NCBI GenBank assembly: GCA_964513235.1
Contig: CAZEMI010000266.1
Coordinates: 34,826 to 98,825 of the forward strand
Length of the DNA stretch: 64,000 bases
Direction: 5' to 3'
From: an uncultured Acidobacterium sp.
GTDB lineage: Bacteria; Acidobacteriota; Vicinamibacteria; Vicinamibacterales; UBA2999
Part shown: positions 1 to 9,783 of the stretch, one piece after another
Numbering within the stretch: the stretch's first letter is position 1
Layout: the number at the start of each line of letters is the position of its first letter
The notes under the pieces: generated by a model
What the model was told of the DNA's origin: nothing
What the model saw: the letters and a program-made list of their open reading frames with translations, nothing else
Databases searched by the model: none
Program-made: the position numbers and the translations under genes

Positions 1-273
1 TCGGGGATCCTCGCCGATCGGATCGTGATTCCCGAGAGTGAGATCCGCGACGTCGTCAAGCAGGTGCCGGAAGTGCTCGGCTGCCATCATGTGCGGACGC
101 GCGGCTCGGCGGATTTCGTGTTCCTCGATCTGCACATCTGGATGGAGCCGGCGATGCCCCTCGAACACGCGCACGCACTGTCGCACGAGGTGAAGGATCG
201 GCTGATGACGGCGTTCCCGCAGATCAAGGACGCGGTGATTCATATTGAACCTCCGCCCAGGAGTTCAGAGTGA
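1..273 (+). CDS. Cation diffusion facilitator (CDF) family transporter, C-terminal fragment; 5' end lies outside the window
   Basis: The frame is open from base 1 (the ORF track starts at 25). The translation ...GCHHVRTRGSADFVFLDLHIWMEP...IKDAVIHIEP resembles the cytoplasmic C-terminal domain of CDF exporters. Confidence 0.6.
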   Translation, partial: SGILADRIVIPESEIRDVVKQVPEVLGCHHVRTRGSADFVFLDLHIWMEPAMPLEHAHALSHEVKDRLMTAFPQIKDAVIHIEPPPRSSE

Positions 274-318
274 AGAGTTCGGAGTTCAGAGCGATATTCT
301 AAACTCTGCACTCTTAAC
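264..318. terminator. Imperfect inverted repeat between convergent genes
   Basis: GTTCAGAGTGAAGAGTT (264-280) pairs with AAACTCTGCACTCTTAAC (301-318). The tract is built from GAGTTCAGAG-type words. Confidence 0.35.
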
Positions 319-326
319 TTTTAACT

Positions 327-1310
327 TCAGTAACCCAGCTCAGGTTCGACGCGGAACTTAAGAGGTTCACCCCTGAGCCACCGTTCGATGTTGTCGCCAA
401 ACAATTGCACCACTTCATCCCAATGACCCTGGCGGAATCCTGATGTGTGCGGCGTGAGGATCACGTTCGGGGTCTGCCACAACCGATGATCCGACGGCAG
501 CGGCTCCTGGGGGAACACATCGAGTGAGGCGCCCCCGAGGTGGCCCGACGTCAGCGCCGCGATCAGCGCCGCGGTATCGATGATCTTGGCGCGGCCGACG
601 TTGACGACCATCGCGCCCTTCGGCAATTGCGCGAACTGGGCGGCGCCCATCAACGAATGGGTCTCCGGTGTGAGCGGCGCGCAGATGACGAGGACCTGGC
701 ATTGGCCGAGAAAGTCCTCGAGCTCGGCGCGGCCGTAAACGCGCTCGACGTGGCCGATCACGCCGTACGCGGGACGCCGGCGCAAGGCGATCACCCGCAT
801 GCCGAACGCCTCGGCGCGCCTGGCGATCTCGGCGCCGATCGTGCCGACGCCAACGAGCCCCAGCGTGCGCCCCTTCAGCAACCACGGCAGCCGCTCGCCC
901 AGGAACTCGTTCTGGGCCCAGCGGGCCTGCCGCTGGGTCTCGATCACGAACGGCAGCTGTTTCGCGAGCGCCAGCACCACCGCCATCACGTGCTCGGCGA
1001 TCGGCACCGCCTGCACGCCGCGGGTGTTGCTCACGGCAACGCCGCGCGCGAACAGCTCGGGCAGGCAGAGCGTTTCCACGGCCACCGCGGAAGTGTGGAC
1101 CCACCGTAACCCCGGCGCCTGCGCCAACTCGCTGGTGTTGAGGATCCAGGTATAGGCGGCGTCGCAGTCTGTGAGGCCTTCGGCGCGCTGCTCTGGCGTG
1201 GTGGCGTGGATGAATTGAATGGCCGGGAACCGCTCGCGCAGCGCCGCCACGCCGTCAGGCGGAATCTGCCACTGCTGCACCGGCTGCTGGATGGAAATGA
1301 GAATCTTCAT
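327..1310 (-). CDS. D-isomer-specific 2-hydroxyacid dehydrogenase family protein (NAD-binding)
   Basis: 327-aa ORF with Rossmann motif [23 protein letters not shown] and later NVGRAKIID and TPHTSG blocks. Its start overlaps the moaC stop by 4 bp. Confidence 0.85.
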   Translation of the reverse strand: MKILISIQQPVQQWQIPPDGVAALRERFPAIQFIHATTPEQRAEGLTDCDAAYTWILNTSELAQAPGLRWVHTSAVAVETLCLPELFARGVAVSNTRGVQAVPIAEHVMAVVLALAKQLPFVIETQRQARWAQNEFLGERLPWLLKGRTLGLVGVGTIGAEIARRAEAFGMRVIALRRRPAYGVIGHVERVYGRAELEDFLGQCQVLVICAPLTPETHSLMGAAQFAQLPKGAMVVNVGRAKIIDTAALIAALTSGHLGGASLDVFPQEPLPSDHRLWQTPNVILTPHTSGFRQGHWDEVVQLFGDNIERWLRGEPLKFRVEPELGY

Positions 1311-1849
1311 TTCCGGCGATAGTGACCTGACTTGCCGCCTTTCTTCTCGACGAGCTCGATGTCGCTGATGACCATCGACTTATCGACCGCTTTCACCATG
1401 TCGTAGAGCGTCAGCGCCGCGACCGACACCGCGGTCAGCGCTTCCATTTCGACGCCGGTCTGGCCCGAGATCCTGACGCGTGCTTCGATCGCATAACCGG
1501 TGCGTGTTGGGGTGAGGTCCACCGACACGTGCGACAGGTTCAGCGGGTGGCACAGCGGAATCAGCTCGCTGGTCTTCTTTGCGGCCATGATGCCGGCCAG
1601 CCGCGCCGCCTGGATCGGGTCGCCTTTCTTCACCGCGCCCGAGCGAATCAGCTTGCGCGCCGCCGCCGACATCGCGATCGACCCGCGCGCCACCGCTTCG
1701 CGATCGGTGACCGGCTTGTCGCCGACATCGACCATGCGGATGCGGCCCTTCGCATCCACATGCGTGAGTCCCTGCGCTCGGGCGCGAGCCGAGCGGCGCA
1801 GTCGCGCCGTAGCGGCCTTCGGCCGCGAAGGCGGATTAGTTTTCGTCAT
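1307..1849 (-). CDS. moaC: Cyclic pyranopterin monophosphate synthase MoaC
   Basis: 180-aa ORF carrying the conserved MoaC segments [28 protein letters not shown] and [24 protein letters not shown]. Confidence 0.9.
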   Translation of the reverse strand: MTKTNPPSRPKAATARLRRSARARAQGLTHVDAKGRIRMVDVGDKPVTDREAVARGSIAMSAAARKLIRSGAVKKGDPIQAARLAGIMAAKKTSELIPLCHPLNLSHVSVDLTPTRTGYAIEARVRISGQTGVEMEALTAVSVAALTLYDMVKAVDKSMVISDIELVEKKGGKSGHYRRK

Positions 1850-2528
1850 CCATCCCTTGAGCGAGATAAAACGACAGGCTCTCGAGCGACACGGTCAGAT
1901 CGACGCTCTTCATCTTGATCCCGCGCGGCACCTTGAGCGCGCCGGGCGAGAAATTGAGCACCGCCTTGATGCCGGCCGCCACCACCTGCTCGAGCACATG
2001 TTGCGCCGATTCGGCGGGCACCGCAATCACGGCGATGTCGATCTTCTCGCGCCGCACCACCTTCTTGAGCTCCTTGAGGTCGTGGATCGGCACGCCGCTT
2101 TTCGACTCGTCGCCGATCTTGGCGTCGGCGACGTCGAACATCGCGACAATCTCGAACCCTTCGCGCCGGAAGCCCGGATAATCCGCCAGCGCCAGGCCGA
2201 GGTTGCCGGCGCCCATCACCGCGACGCGGAGCTTGCGGTCGAGGCCGAGGATCTGGCGCAGGTGCCGCTTCAGGTCCTTGACGTAGTAGCCGACGCCGCG
2301 CACGCCGAACTCGCCGAAATACGCGAGGTCCTTGCGGATCTGGGCGGCGTTCAAATGGAACTGCTCGGCCAGCGCTTGCGAGGAGATGGTGTCCACGCCG
2401 GCCGACTCGAGCTGGTTGAGGCAGCGCAGGTAGACCGACAGGCGATTGGTGGTCAGCTCGGAAACCGGCTCGCTGGCCGCTTTCCGCTTGTTCGGTGAAT
2501 TCACAAGCGTCTTCTCAGAATAACCCAT
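1836..2528 (-). CDS. rex: Redox-sensing transcriptional repressor Rex
   Basis: Winged-helix block RLSVYLRCL...[32 protein letters not shown] plus Rossmann [11 protein letters not shown] chose the ATG at 2528; the ORF-track start at 2579 adds 17 unlikely residues. It overlaps moaC by 14 bp. Confidence 0.85.
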   Translation of the reverse strand: MGYSEKTLVNSPNKRKAASEPVSELTTNRLSVYLRCLNQLESAGVDTISSQALAEQFHLNAAQIRKDLAYFGEFGVRGVGYYVKDLKRHLRQILGLDRKLRVAVMGAGNLGLALADYPGFRREGFEIVAMFDVADAKIGDESKSGVPIHDLKELKKVVRREKIDIAVIAVPAESAQHVLEQVVAAGIKAVLNFSPGALKVPRGIKMKSVDLTVSLESLSFYLAQGMDDEN

Positions 2529-2629
2529 TCGACTCACGATTCGCCCTTCGACCCGCAATTCGCATCGCCGACGCTGCAAATTGCTCGCTCAGGGCAGGCG
2601 CGGCCGCCCTCAGGATAGAATCCCGGCCC

Positions 2630-4579
2630 ATGGCAGATACCTCGAAAAGCTTCCAACCCTACGTTCCTGCAACACAATCCATGGCGGAATTCACCGCCAA
2701 GGCGATCGTGCTCGGCGTGCTGTTTGGTCTCCTGTTCGGGGCGTCAACGGTCTACCTCGGTCTGCGCGCGGGCCTGACGGTCAGCGCCTCCATCCCGATC
2801 GCCGTGCTGGCGATCTCGGTGCTCAAAAGACTCGGTGGCTCGACCATTCTCGAGAACAACATCGTCCAGACCATCGGCTCCGCCGGCGAGTCGGTGGCCG
2901 GCGGCGTGGTGTTCACCATCCCGGCGCTGATCTTCCTGTTGCCGGATGGTCCCGCCTATTTCAACTACACGCAGATCCTGATGCTGTCGTTTGCCGGCGG
3001 CATCCTCGGCGTGTTGATGATGGTGCCGCTGCGCCGCGCCCTGATCGTCAAGGAGCATGGCCTGCTGCCCTACCCCGAAGGCACCGCGTGCGCTGAAGTG
3101 CTGGTCGCCGGTGAACGGGGCGGCCGGCTGGCCACGCTGGTGTTCAGCGGCCTCGGCATCGGCGCGCTGTGGAAGTCGCTGTCGTGGACGTTCAACATCT
3201 TCCGGCAGGAGATCGGCCATTCGCTGTCGCCCACGGGCCAGTTTCCCAACGCCACGCTGAACGTCGACATCTCGCCGGAATACATGGGCGTCGGCTACGT
3301 GATTGGCCCCCGCATCGCCGGCACCATGGTGGCCGGGGGCGTGCTGTCGTGGCTGGTGTTGCTGCCGCTGCTCTCGCTGCTGGGCGCGTCAATTAACACG
3401 CCGTTCCCGCCCATCCATCCGAACTTCGCCAACAATCCGGCAACTGGACAACCCTTCCTGATCTCGGAGATGAGCCCGGGCCAGATCTGGAGCGCCTACA
3501 TCCGTTACATCGGCGCCGGCGCGGTGCTGGCCGCCGGCCTCATTACGCTCGCCCGCACGCTGCCGACGATCATCTCGTCGGCCCGCGAAGGATTTAAGGG
3601 GTTCGGCGCCGCCACCGCGGCCGTGCAGGCGCGCACCGAGCGCGACATCCCGATGATGGTGGTGCTGGTCGGCTCGCTGCTGCTCGCGATCTTCCTCGCC
3701 GTCATGCCGGGCCTCCCGACCCAGGGCAATCTCCTGGTCTCGATCCTGATCGTGTTCTTCGGCTTCTTCTTCGCCACGGTGTCGTCGCGCATCACCGGGT
3801 TGATCGGCTCTTCGTCCAATCCCATCTCGGGCATGACCATCGCCACGTTGATCATCACCTGCCTGATCTTCGTCGCGCTCGGATGGACCGGCGATGTCTA
3901 CGCCCCGGTGGCGCTCTCGGTCGGCGCCATCGTCTGCATCGCGGCGGCAAATGCCGGCAACACCTCGCAGGACTTGAAGACGGGGTACATCGTCGGCGCG
4001 ACGCCGCTCTACCAGCAGCTTGGTCTGGTCATTGGCGTCGTCACCTCGGCGTTCGTGATCGGCATCACGATGCTCTACCTGCACAACGTGTTCACGATTG
4101 GATCGGCCGATGTCCCGGCGCCGCAGGCCACGTTGATGGCCACGCTCATCCGGGGCCTGCTGTCACAGAACCTCCCCTGGGGCCTGGTGCTGGTCGGCGT
4201 GTTCATCGCCGTGACCCTCGAATTGTGCGGCGTGCACTCCTTGTCGTTTGCCGTCGGCGCCTACCTGCCGATTGCCACGACGGCGCCGATCTTCGCCGGC
4301 GGTCTGGTCCGGTGGTGGGTTGAACGCAGGACCGGCGAGTCCGCTGAATCCGATCTCAGCTCGGGCACGCTGTTCAGCTCGGGCCTCATCGCGGGCGGCT
4401 CGCTGGCCGGCATTCTGTACGCGATCCTGGTCGGTGCGGATTGGCTGCGGCCGTTCCAGGTGGTCGGCGACATGTTGCCGGCGCTGCGCGGCGACGACGC
4501 CCTGGGCCAGACTGCCGGAGGGCTGCTGTTCTTTGCCCTGGCCGTGATTCTAGCGAGGTTCGCTCAGAGGAAATTCTGA
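2630..4579 (+). CDS. OPT family oligopeptide transporter
   Basis: ATG at 2630 ([14 protein letters not shown]...). About 650 aa and highly hydrophobic with many TM segments. The N-terminal [36 protein letters not shown] block is typical of bacterial OPT transporters. Confidence 0.8.
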   Translation: MADTSKSFQPYVPATQSMAEFTAKAIVLGVLFGLLFGASTVYLGLRAGLTVSASIPIAVLAISVLKRLGGSTILENNIVQTIGSAGESVAGGVVFTIPALIFLLPDGPAYFNYTQILMLSFAGGILGVLMMVPLRRALIVKEHGLLPYPEGTACAEVLVAGERGGRLATLVFSGLGIGALWKSLSWTFNIFRQEIGHSLSPTGQFPNATLNVDISPEYMGVGYVIGPRIAGTMVAGGVLSWLVLLPLLSLLGASINTPFPPIHPNFANNPATGQPFLISEMSPGQIWSAYIRYIGAGAVLAAGLITLARTLPTIISSAREGFKGFGAATAAVQARTERDIPMMVVLVGSLLLAIFLAVMPGLPTQGNLLVSILIVFFGFFFATVSSRITGLIGSSSNPISGMTIATLIITCLIFVALGWTGDVYAPVALSVGAIVCIAAANAGNTSQDLKTGYIVGATPLYQQLGLVIGVVTSAFVIGITMLYLHNVFTIGSADVPAPQATLMATLIRGLLSQNLPWGLVLVGVFIAVTLELCGVHSLSFAVGAYLPIATTAPIFAGGLVRWWVERRTGESAESDLSSGTLFSSGLIAGGSLAGILYAILVGADWLRPFQVVGDMLPALRGDDALGQTAGGLLFFALAVILARFAQRKF

Positions 4580-4705
4580 CAATCGCATTGTTAAATGACC
4601 GATTGACGAATTGGTGACTGTTGGGTGATTCTCGAATGAGGCATTTGGCAATTCGGATTTTCGAATCGTCGATTGTAAATTGGCAATCACCCAACAGTCG
4701 CTAAA
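4580..4705. repeat. AT-richer caat/attg word-repeat element
   Basis: Built from CAATCG, ATTGAC, AATTGG and ATTGGCAAT words. Same vocabulary as 31318-31440. Confidence 0.75.
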
Positions 4706-4726
4706 TTGACAATCGCCAACTCGTCA

Positions 4727-5848
4727 ATGCGCCCGACCATTACCTTCGCCTTTCTAGCCCTGTCGGTGGTCGCCGCCGGGCAGCCGTCGCCGAGGCGCGC
4801 CACCACCATCACGGCCCTCAGGAGCTACCCCGGCTTCTATCACCAGCAGGTCGTGCTGGTCGTCGGGGAGATCAAGGGGCAGGTCGAGCGCGCGACGATC
4901 GGCACCGACGAGGGCGCCATCACGCTCGTGGCGCGAGAACTACCGCGCGAGGGCAAGGTCGAAGCACGCGGCCAGTTCCTCGACGTCGGCCGCCTGTCCC
5001 AGGACGATCCGCGGCTGATTCCGTTCAACCTGCTCGACCGCATCCGCAGCGAGTATCAGGATCGCTGGCCGAGGCCCGGCGAAGAGTTGCTGCTGCTGCT
5101 GTCGAGCACCGTCCCGCCGCCGCCGGCCACCGACGTGACCGCGCCGCCGCTTCGCGCCGTAGCGATGGAGCCGTCGCGCTTCGAGAACCAGAAGGTGACC
5201 GTCGTCGGCCAGTTTCGCGGCCGGAATCTGTTCGGCGATCTTCCGGAAGCCCCGGCGCAGAATCGCTATCAGTTTGTGTTGCGATCGAGCGACGCGGCGT
5301 TGTGGGTGATGGGTGTGCAGCCGAAAGGCAAAGGATTCGATTTCGACCCCGGCAAACGCATCGACTCGGGGCGCTGGGTGAAAGTGGCCGGCACGGTCAA
5401 GACCGCCAAAGGCCTGACCTGGCTCGAAGGCACGAGCATTGAACTGGCGCCCGAGCCGCAGGAGACGACGACCGAAGTCGAGATCGACCTGCCCCCGCCG
5501 CCGCCCGTTGAAGTGCTGTTTACGGCCCCCACCGAGGGCGAGGCCGACGTGCAGCTCACCGAGCGCATTCGCATACAGGTGTCGCGCGATCTGGATCCTG
5601 AGACGCTGAAGGATCGCATCCGCCTCACCTATGCATCCACCGAGTCTCGCGAGCGCGGCGAGGCGCAGCCTCCGTCGGTGGCGTTCACCACCAATTACGC
5701 GCCGGAAAACCGCGCGCTGGAGATTCGACCGACCGAACCGTTCGAGCGGTTTCAAGTGGTGACGCTGGAAATGCTGCCCGGCGTGAAGGGGACCGACGGC
5801 GGCGACATGCTGCCGTTCAAGCTGACGTTTACCACAGGAGGATCATAG
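4727..5848 (+). CDS. Secreted hypothetical protein with C-terminal Ig-like (SbsA/Big_5-like) domain
   Basis: The ATG at 4727 gives a signal-like MRPTITFAFLALSVVAAGQ; the ORF-track TTG start at 4706 lies in a repeat element. The C-terminal VEVLFTAPTEGEADVQL..IRIQVSRDLDPETL... pattern resembles bacterial Ig-like domains. Confidence 0.5.
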   Translation: MRPTITFAFLALSVVAAGQPSPRRATTITALRSYPGFYHQQVVLVVGEIKGQVERATIGTDEGAITLVARELPREGKVEARGQFLDVGRLSQDDPRLIPFNLLDRIRSEYQDRWPRPGEELLLLLSSTVPPPPATDVTAPPLRAVAMEPSRFENQKVTVVGQFRGRNLFGDLPEAPAQNRYQFVLRSSDAALWVMGVQPKGKGFDFDPGKRIDSGRWVKVAGTVKTAKGLTWLEGTSIELAPEPQETTTEVEIDLPPPPPVEVLFTAPTEGEADVQLTERIRIQVSRDLDPETLKDRIRLTYASTESRERGEAQPPSVAFTTNYAPENRALEIRPTEPFERFQVVTLEMLPGVKGTDGGDMLPFKLTFTTGGS

Positions 5849-5862
5849 CCCCCGGCTTGTAG

Positions 5863-5882
5863 CCCCCGGCTTTAGCCGGGGG
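5863..5882. terminator. GC-rich hairpin between convergent genes
   Basis: CCCCCGG-CTTTA-CCGGGGG, preceded by a direct copy of AGCCCCCGGCTT at 5847-5858. Confidence 0.4.
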
Positions 5883-5886
5883 AACG

Positions 5887-7605
5887 TCAAGGAACGATTC
5901 TGAAACCGTAACTCGCGCGTGCCTTCTCGCCCTTAAGTTCGTAGGCCAACTCGAGAACGTACTCCCCAATGGCCAGCGGCGCGAGCGTCACATCCGCAAT
6001 CGTGACCATCTGCCCATTGGTGACCTGCGTCGAGGTGGTGACGATGAGCGGGAGCGCCTGGCCTTGACGGGTCAGCACGCGGCCGGCGGTTGCCGATGCA
6101 CCATCCGGCAACACTACTTCGATGCGCAATCTCTCGGTGCGACGGAAGCGCGGCTGGTCGGCGCGGACGTACGCCAATCCCGTGCTCGGACCGCGGCGTA
6201 ACGCCGTCACCGCCACTCGTCGCACGATCGGTTCAACACCCTCCGGCAGGCTCACCGGCTTCGGCGTCACCCCCGCCGCGCGTGCTTCCGTCTCGGTGGG
6301 CGCGAGATAGCCCGTGCGCGCGCGCACGCGGACACCGGGACGCGACACGCGCACCGTGATTCGGCGGAACCGGCCATCGAGGTTGGTATTCGAGGAGTAG
6401 TAGCGCAGCAGGTAATACGCGTTCAGGTCCGCCATGATGCGCGCCACGCCGCCCTTGACGTCATTCGTGTTGAGGACCACCGCGCCGTCGGTATTCGCGG
6501 CGAGTTCGCGGAGGCCTCCCTGGCGCGCCCCCAGTGGCCGCACGTCCTGTGTGGGCGTCGCCGGGCGGAGCGGCCCGATGGCATCGTCGAACGCAGCCAG
6601 GCCTCGTGGGTCAACCGCGTAGAACGTGACGTTGGCGCGATTGGCGCGATGCGAGAGCTGCCGCACTTCGAGCTCGTGATCGACGAAGGCGAGCCTCAAC
6701 CGCTCGCGCTCGCACGATTCAAACGTGCGATCGTACCCATTCGGCCGATTCGCGCCGGCCGAGACCCGTCCGTCAACGACGCCGACTCCAGGAGCCGCGG
6801 GTATTGAGTCGGATTCCAGTACCGCTCCCAGGGACTCGTTCTGCTTGAAGAGCACCCAGCCTTCCGATAGCAGCACCACGAATTTGCGCTCGCTGCGCAG
6901 GTTGCCGAGATGCGTGATCAGATCGTCGAGGGCCTGCAGCGTCTTCTGCTCGCGGCGGCGCTCGATCATTTCTTTCGCGACACCGCGAAACTGCGGGCGC
7001 CTGGGATCGTTATCGGGATAGCACAGATCGATGTCGCGCTCTCGCGGATCGAGCGCGCCGACGCGATCGCGCTGGTTCCACCCGCTGGTATCGCGGACCA
7101 TGCGATCGATGGCGTCGGTGCGGCGCGTCAGCGGCATGCTGCGGGCGGGCAGGTCGGGCGTCATCACGCCGACCAGATCGTCGGCGCCCACCACGCGATT
7201 CAGGAACGCCGACACCGGCGCCGTGGTCTTTGCCGATCCCTCGAAGCTGACATGCCACTGATCGAGGAACAGCACGAACACCCGTGCCTCAGGCGGTGGC
7301 GCGGCCTCGCGTTCGGCGGCGGCGCCTGTGGGGTCCGGCGGCGGCGCCGTGCTGCCCTGCCGCTGCGCGCGGATCAGGCGGAAGGATTCAATCGTCTGCG
7401 GACGATCGTCCTCGAGGATCTCGATGTCTTCGGGCTCGAGATCGGCGACGGCGGCGCCGTCCTTCGAAAAGTAGGCATCAACCGTCACGAGGTTGGCGCC
7501 GGCGCGGAACCGCGGCAGCTGCTCCTGCGCCTGCAGGGCGACAAGTCCCGTCACCACCGCGCAGGCGCAAAGCGTGTCTGCGAATCGGCGTCGAATCGGT
7601 GTCAA
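5887..7605 (-). CDS. VWA domain-containing protein (VWFA-related Acidobacterial domain type)
   Basis: Signal-like N-terminus followed by LPRFRAGANLVTVDAYFSKDG..V.DLEPEDIEILEDDRPQTIESF. As I recall it, this is the hallmark opening of the TIGR03436-type family. It is a paralog of the adjacent gene. Confidence 0.75.
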   Translation of the reverse strand: MTPIRRRFADTLCACAVVTGLVALQAQEQLPRFRAGANLVTVDAYFSKDGAAVADLEPEDIEILEDDRPQTIESFRLIRAQRQGSTAPPPDPTGAAAEREAAPPPEARVFVLFLDQWHVSFEGSAKTTAPVSAFLNRVVGADDLVGVMTPDLPARSMPLTRRTDAIDRMVRDTSGWNQRDRVGALDPRERDIDLCYPDNDPRRPQFRGVAKEMIERRREQKTLQALDDLITHLGNLRSERKFVVLLSEGWVLFKQNESLGAVLESDSIPAAPGVGVVDGRVSAGANRPNGYDRTFESCERERLRLAFVDHELEVRQLSHRANRANVTFYAVDPRGLAAFDDAIGPLRPATPTQDVRPLGARQGGLRELAANTDGAVVLNTNDVKGGVARIMADLNAYYLLRYYSSNTNLDGRFRRITVRVSRPGVRVRARTGYLAPTETEARAAGVTPKPVSLPEGVEPIVRRVAVTALRRGPSTGLAYVRADQPRFRRTERLRIEVVLPDGASATAGRVLTRQGQALPLIVTTSTQVTNGQMVTIADVTLAPLAIGEYVLELAYELKGEKARASYGFRIVP

Positions 7606-7617
7606 TCGGTGGCCTAG
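7581..7617. repeat. AATCGGTG word family copy
   Basis: CGAATCGGCGTCGAATCGGTGTCAATCGGTGGCCTAG. It overlaps the first codons (MTPIRRRF) of the VWA gene at 5887-7605. Confidence 0.85.
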
Positions 7618-9725
7618 GGAATGAGGCGGAATCCGTAGTTCACGGCTTCCGTCTTGCCATCCTTCGTCAACGCCAACTCCAACACGTATTCGCCGGCGGC
7701 CAGCGGCGCGAGAGCGACTTCGCCAACGGCCAGGTTCCCCCTCGCATCGGTCCGGGAGCTGTAATTGACCACGAGCGGCAACGGCTGTCCTTCGCGCGTG
7801 AGCAGGCGTCCAACGCCCGTGAAGCCCTCCCCAGCCACCGGCACCTCGATCCGGAGCCGTTCGGTCCGGCGGAAGCGCGGATCAGCCGTGGGCACATACG
7901 CGAGCCCCGTGCTTGGCCCGCGCCGCAACGCGAGCGCACCGGTTCCAACCGGCGCGGCGTCTTGCGGCACCGTGGCAAAGGTCGTCACCTGGATGGGGAG
8001 ACGGCCGGCACGCGGTGTGAGCTCGGCGCGAACCGAATAACGGCCGGCGGCGAGCGGCTCGGTGGTGCCGTCGATCGGAATGCTTCGCTGTCCAGGCTCG
8101 ATCGCCATCGTGATGGTTTGTGACGCGGCGGCCTGGCTGGAGCCCAGGGTGCGCTCCGGCTCGAACGTGACTTTCAGCGTGCCGCCGGAAATCCACTCCG
8201 GCCGCTTCGCGGTGGCGGCATCGAGCTCGACGATGGCGCGGATGGTGCCGGCGCCGCCGGCGGCCTGCACCCGCACGGGCAGATTGCCGCGCCCGGGCGC
8301 AATGGCATCGAGCGCGCGCAGCACGGTCGGCGGCGGCGTGTTGGCGCCGGCGCGTGTGGTGGTGCTGCCGCCCCCGGCCGCGCGCGCTTCCGCTTCGGTC
8401 GGTGCCAGATATCCTGGCCGGGCGCGCACCTCGACGTCCGGCCGCTTCACTTCCACACGAATCCGGCGGAAACGTCCATCGAGTCGCGGATTGGTCGAGT
8501 AATAACTGAGCAGGTAGTACGAACCCACGTCCGCGAAAATCTTCTGCATCGCCTGCGAGACGTTGCCGACGTCGAGCACGGCATGACCGTCGGTCTGATC
8601 GGCCATCATCCGCAGGTCGTCGTGGCGCTTGCGCAGCCACGCCGCATCCACCGACGGCGGCACGCCCCAGTTAATCGGCGTGTCGAACACGATCAGGCCG
8701 CGCGCATCGATCGGATAAAAGCTGACGTTGGCGCGATTGGCGCGCTGCAGCAGCTGCCGAAACTCGGTTTCGTGATCGCTGTAGGCCAGCATCGTCCGCT
8801 GCCGATCGCAGGCTTCCAGCGTCTGAAAACCGGTCTGCGGGTCCGGGTCGCCGGCCCGGCGCAAGCCGCCGGTGCGCGGATCCGTGCCGACCGGGTCGCC
8901 GGTCGGGACCCGGCCCTCCCGGGTAACGCGCGCCAGTTGCTCGTTGGGACGATAGAGCGGCCACCCCTCGGTGAACACGAGCACAAACTTCCGCTCGGGA
9001 CGCAGGCCTTCCAGGTGCACCACCAGGCCCTCGAGCGCGTCGAGCGTCTGCTGCTCTCTCAACCGCGCAATCATTTCGTCGGCGAGCTGCTGGTCTTGCG
9101 GATAACACTGCCTGATGGCGTGCTCCTGCGGCAACTCGGCGTTGATGTTGTCGCGCACACCCCAGTGCCACGTGTCGGTCACCGCCTTCTCGATGCTGGT
9201 GGTCTTGCGGCTGAAGGTGATCGCCGACGGCGACATCTCCGGCGTCATCACGCCGATCAGATCATCCGGTCCGATCACCCGATCGAGCGTTTCGATGATG
9301 GGCTTGCGCGCGTGGTACGAGCCCGAGATCGAAACGTAGAACCGATCGAAGAACAACGTGAACACGCGGCCGGCGTCCAGCGCTTCCTGGCGCATGTCGC
9401 GGATGTTGGTGGGGTTGGTCCGCTCGGATTGCGGAATCGGCTCGCGGGCTGTGAACAGCTCGAAGTTCTCGACCGTTTGTAATCTATCGTCTTCGAAGAC
9501 CTCGAAGTCTTCGGCCTTGAGATCGGTGATCGCCTTGCCGTCGAGCGACACGTAGGCATCAACACGGACCAGGTTGGTGCCGGCGCGGAACCGCGGCAGC
9601 TCCTCCGGCTGCCTGCCCTGAGCGAGCGTGCGCTCAGCGAAGCTGGGCACACGCGAGTCGAAGGGAGATTGGGCCAGGAGCAGGGACGGGACGACGAGCG
9701 CGAGCAATGCAATTCTGAGTCGCAT
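7614..9725 (-). CDS. VWA domain-containing protein (VWFA-related Acidobacterial domain type), longer paralog
   Basis: Signal MRLRIALLALVVPSLLLAQ followed by LPRFRAGTNLVRVDAYVSLDGKAITDLKAEDFEVFEDDRLQTVENF. It shares many blocks with 5887-7605, including QTL.AL..L..HL..LR.ERKFV and RANRANV.FY..D.RGL. Confidence 0.75.
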   Translation of the reverse strand: MRLRIALLALVVPSLLLAQSPFDSRVPSFAERTLAQGRQPEELPRFRAGTNLVRVDAYVSLDGKAITDLKAEDFEVFEDDRLQTVENFELFTAREPIPQSERTNPTNIRDMRQEALDAGRVFTLFFDRFYVSISGSYHARKPIIETLDRVIGPDDLIGVMTPEMSPSAITFSRKTTSIEKAVTDTWHWGVRDNINAELPQEHAIRQCYPQDQQLADEMIARLREQQTLDALEGLVVHLEGLRPERKFVLVFTEGWPLYRPNEQLARVTREGRVPTGDPVGTDPRTGGLRRAGDPDPQTGFQTLEACDRQRTMLAYSDHETEFRQLLQRANRANVSFYPIDARGLIVFDTPINWGVPPSVDAAWLRKRHDDLRMMADQTDGHAVLDVGNVSQAMQKIFADVGSYYLLSYYSTNPRLDGRFRRIRVEVKRPDVEVRARPGYLAPTEAEARAAGGGSTTTRAGANTPPPTVLRALDAIAPGRGNLPVRVQAAGGAGTIRAIVELDAATAKRPEWISGGTLKVTFEPERTLGSSQAAASQTITMAIEPGQRSIPIDGTTEPLAAGRYSVRAELTPRAGRLPIQVTTFATVPQDAAPVGTGALALRRGPSTGLAYVPTADPRFRRTERLRIEVPVAGEGFTGVGRLLTREGQPLPLVVNYSSRTDARGNLAVGEVALAPLAAGEYVLELALTKDGKTEAVNYGFRLIP

Positions 9726-9783
9726 CCTTCACCCAGCTTACGGTAAATCTCAGGCGGCGTTCGCAAGTATAGTGAAAGAAAGG

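Noticed and set aside
2494-2505. Perfect palindrome GGTGAATTCACC-like (GTGAATTCAC) as a Rex operator
   Set aside because: It lies inside the rex coding sequence (codons VNSP). It also lacks the spacing of the TTGTGAA-N-TTCACAA consensus I recall, with only one good TTCACAA half-site.
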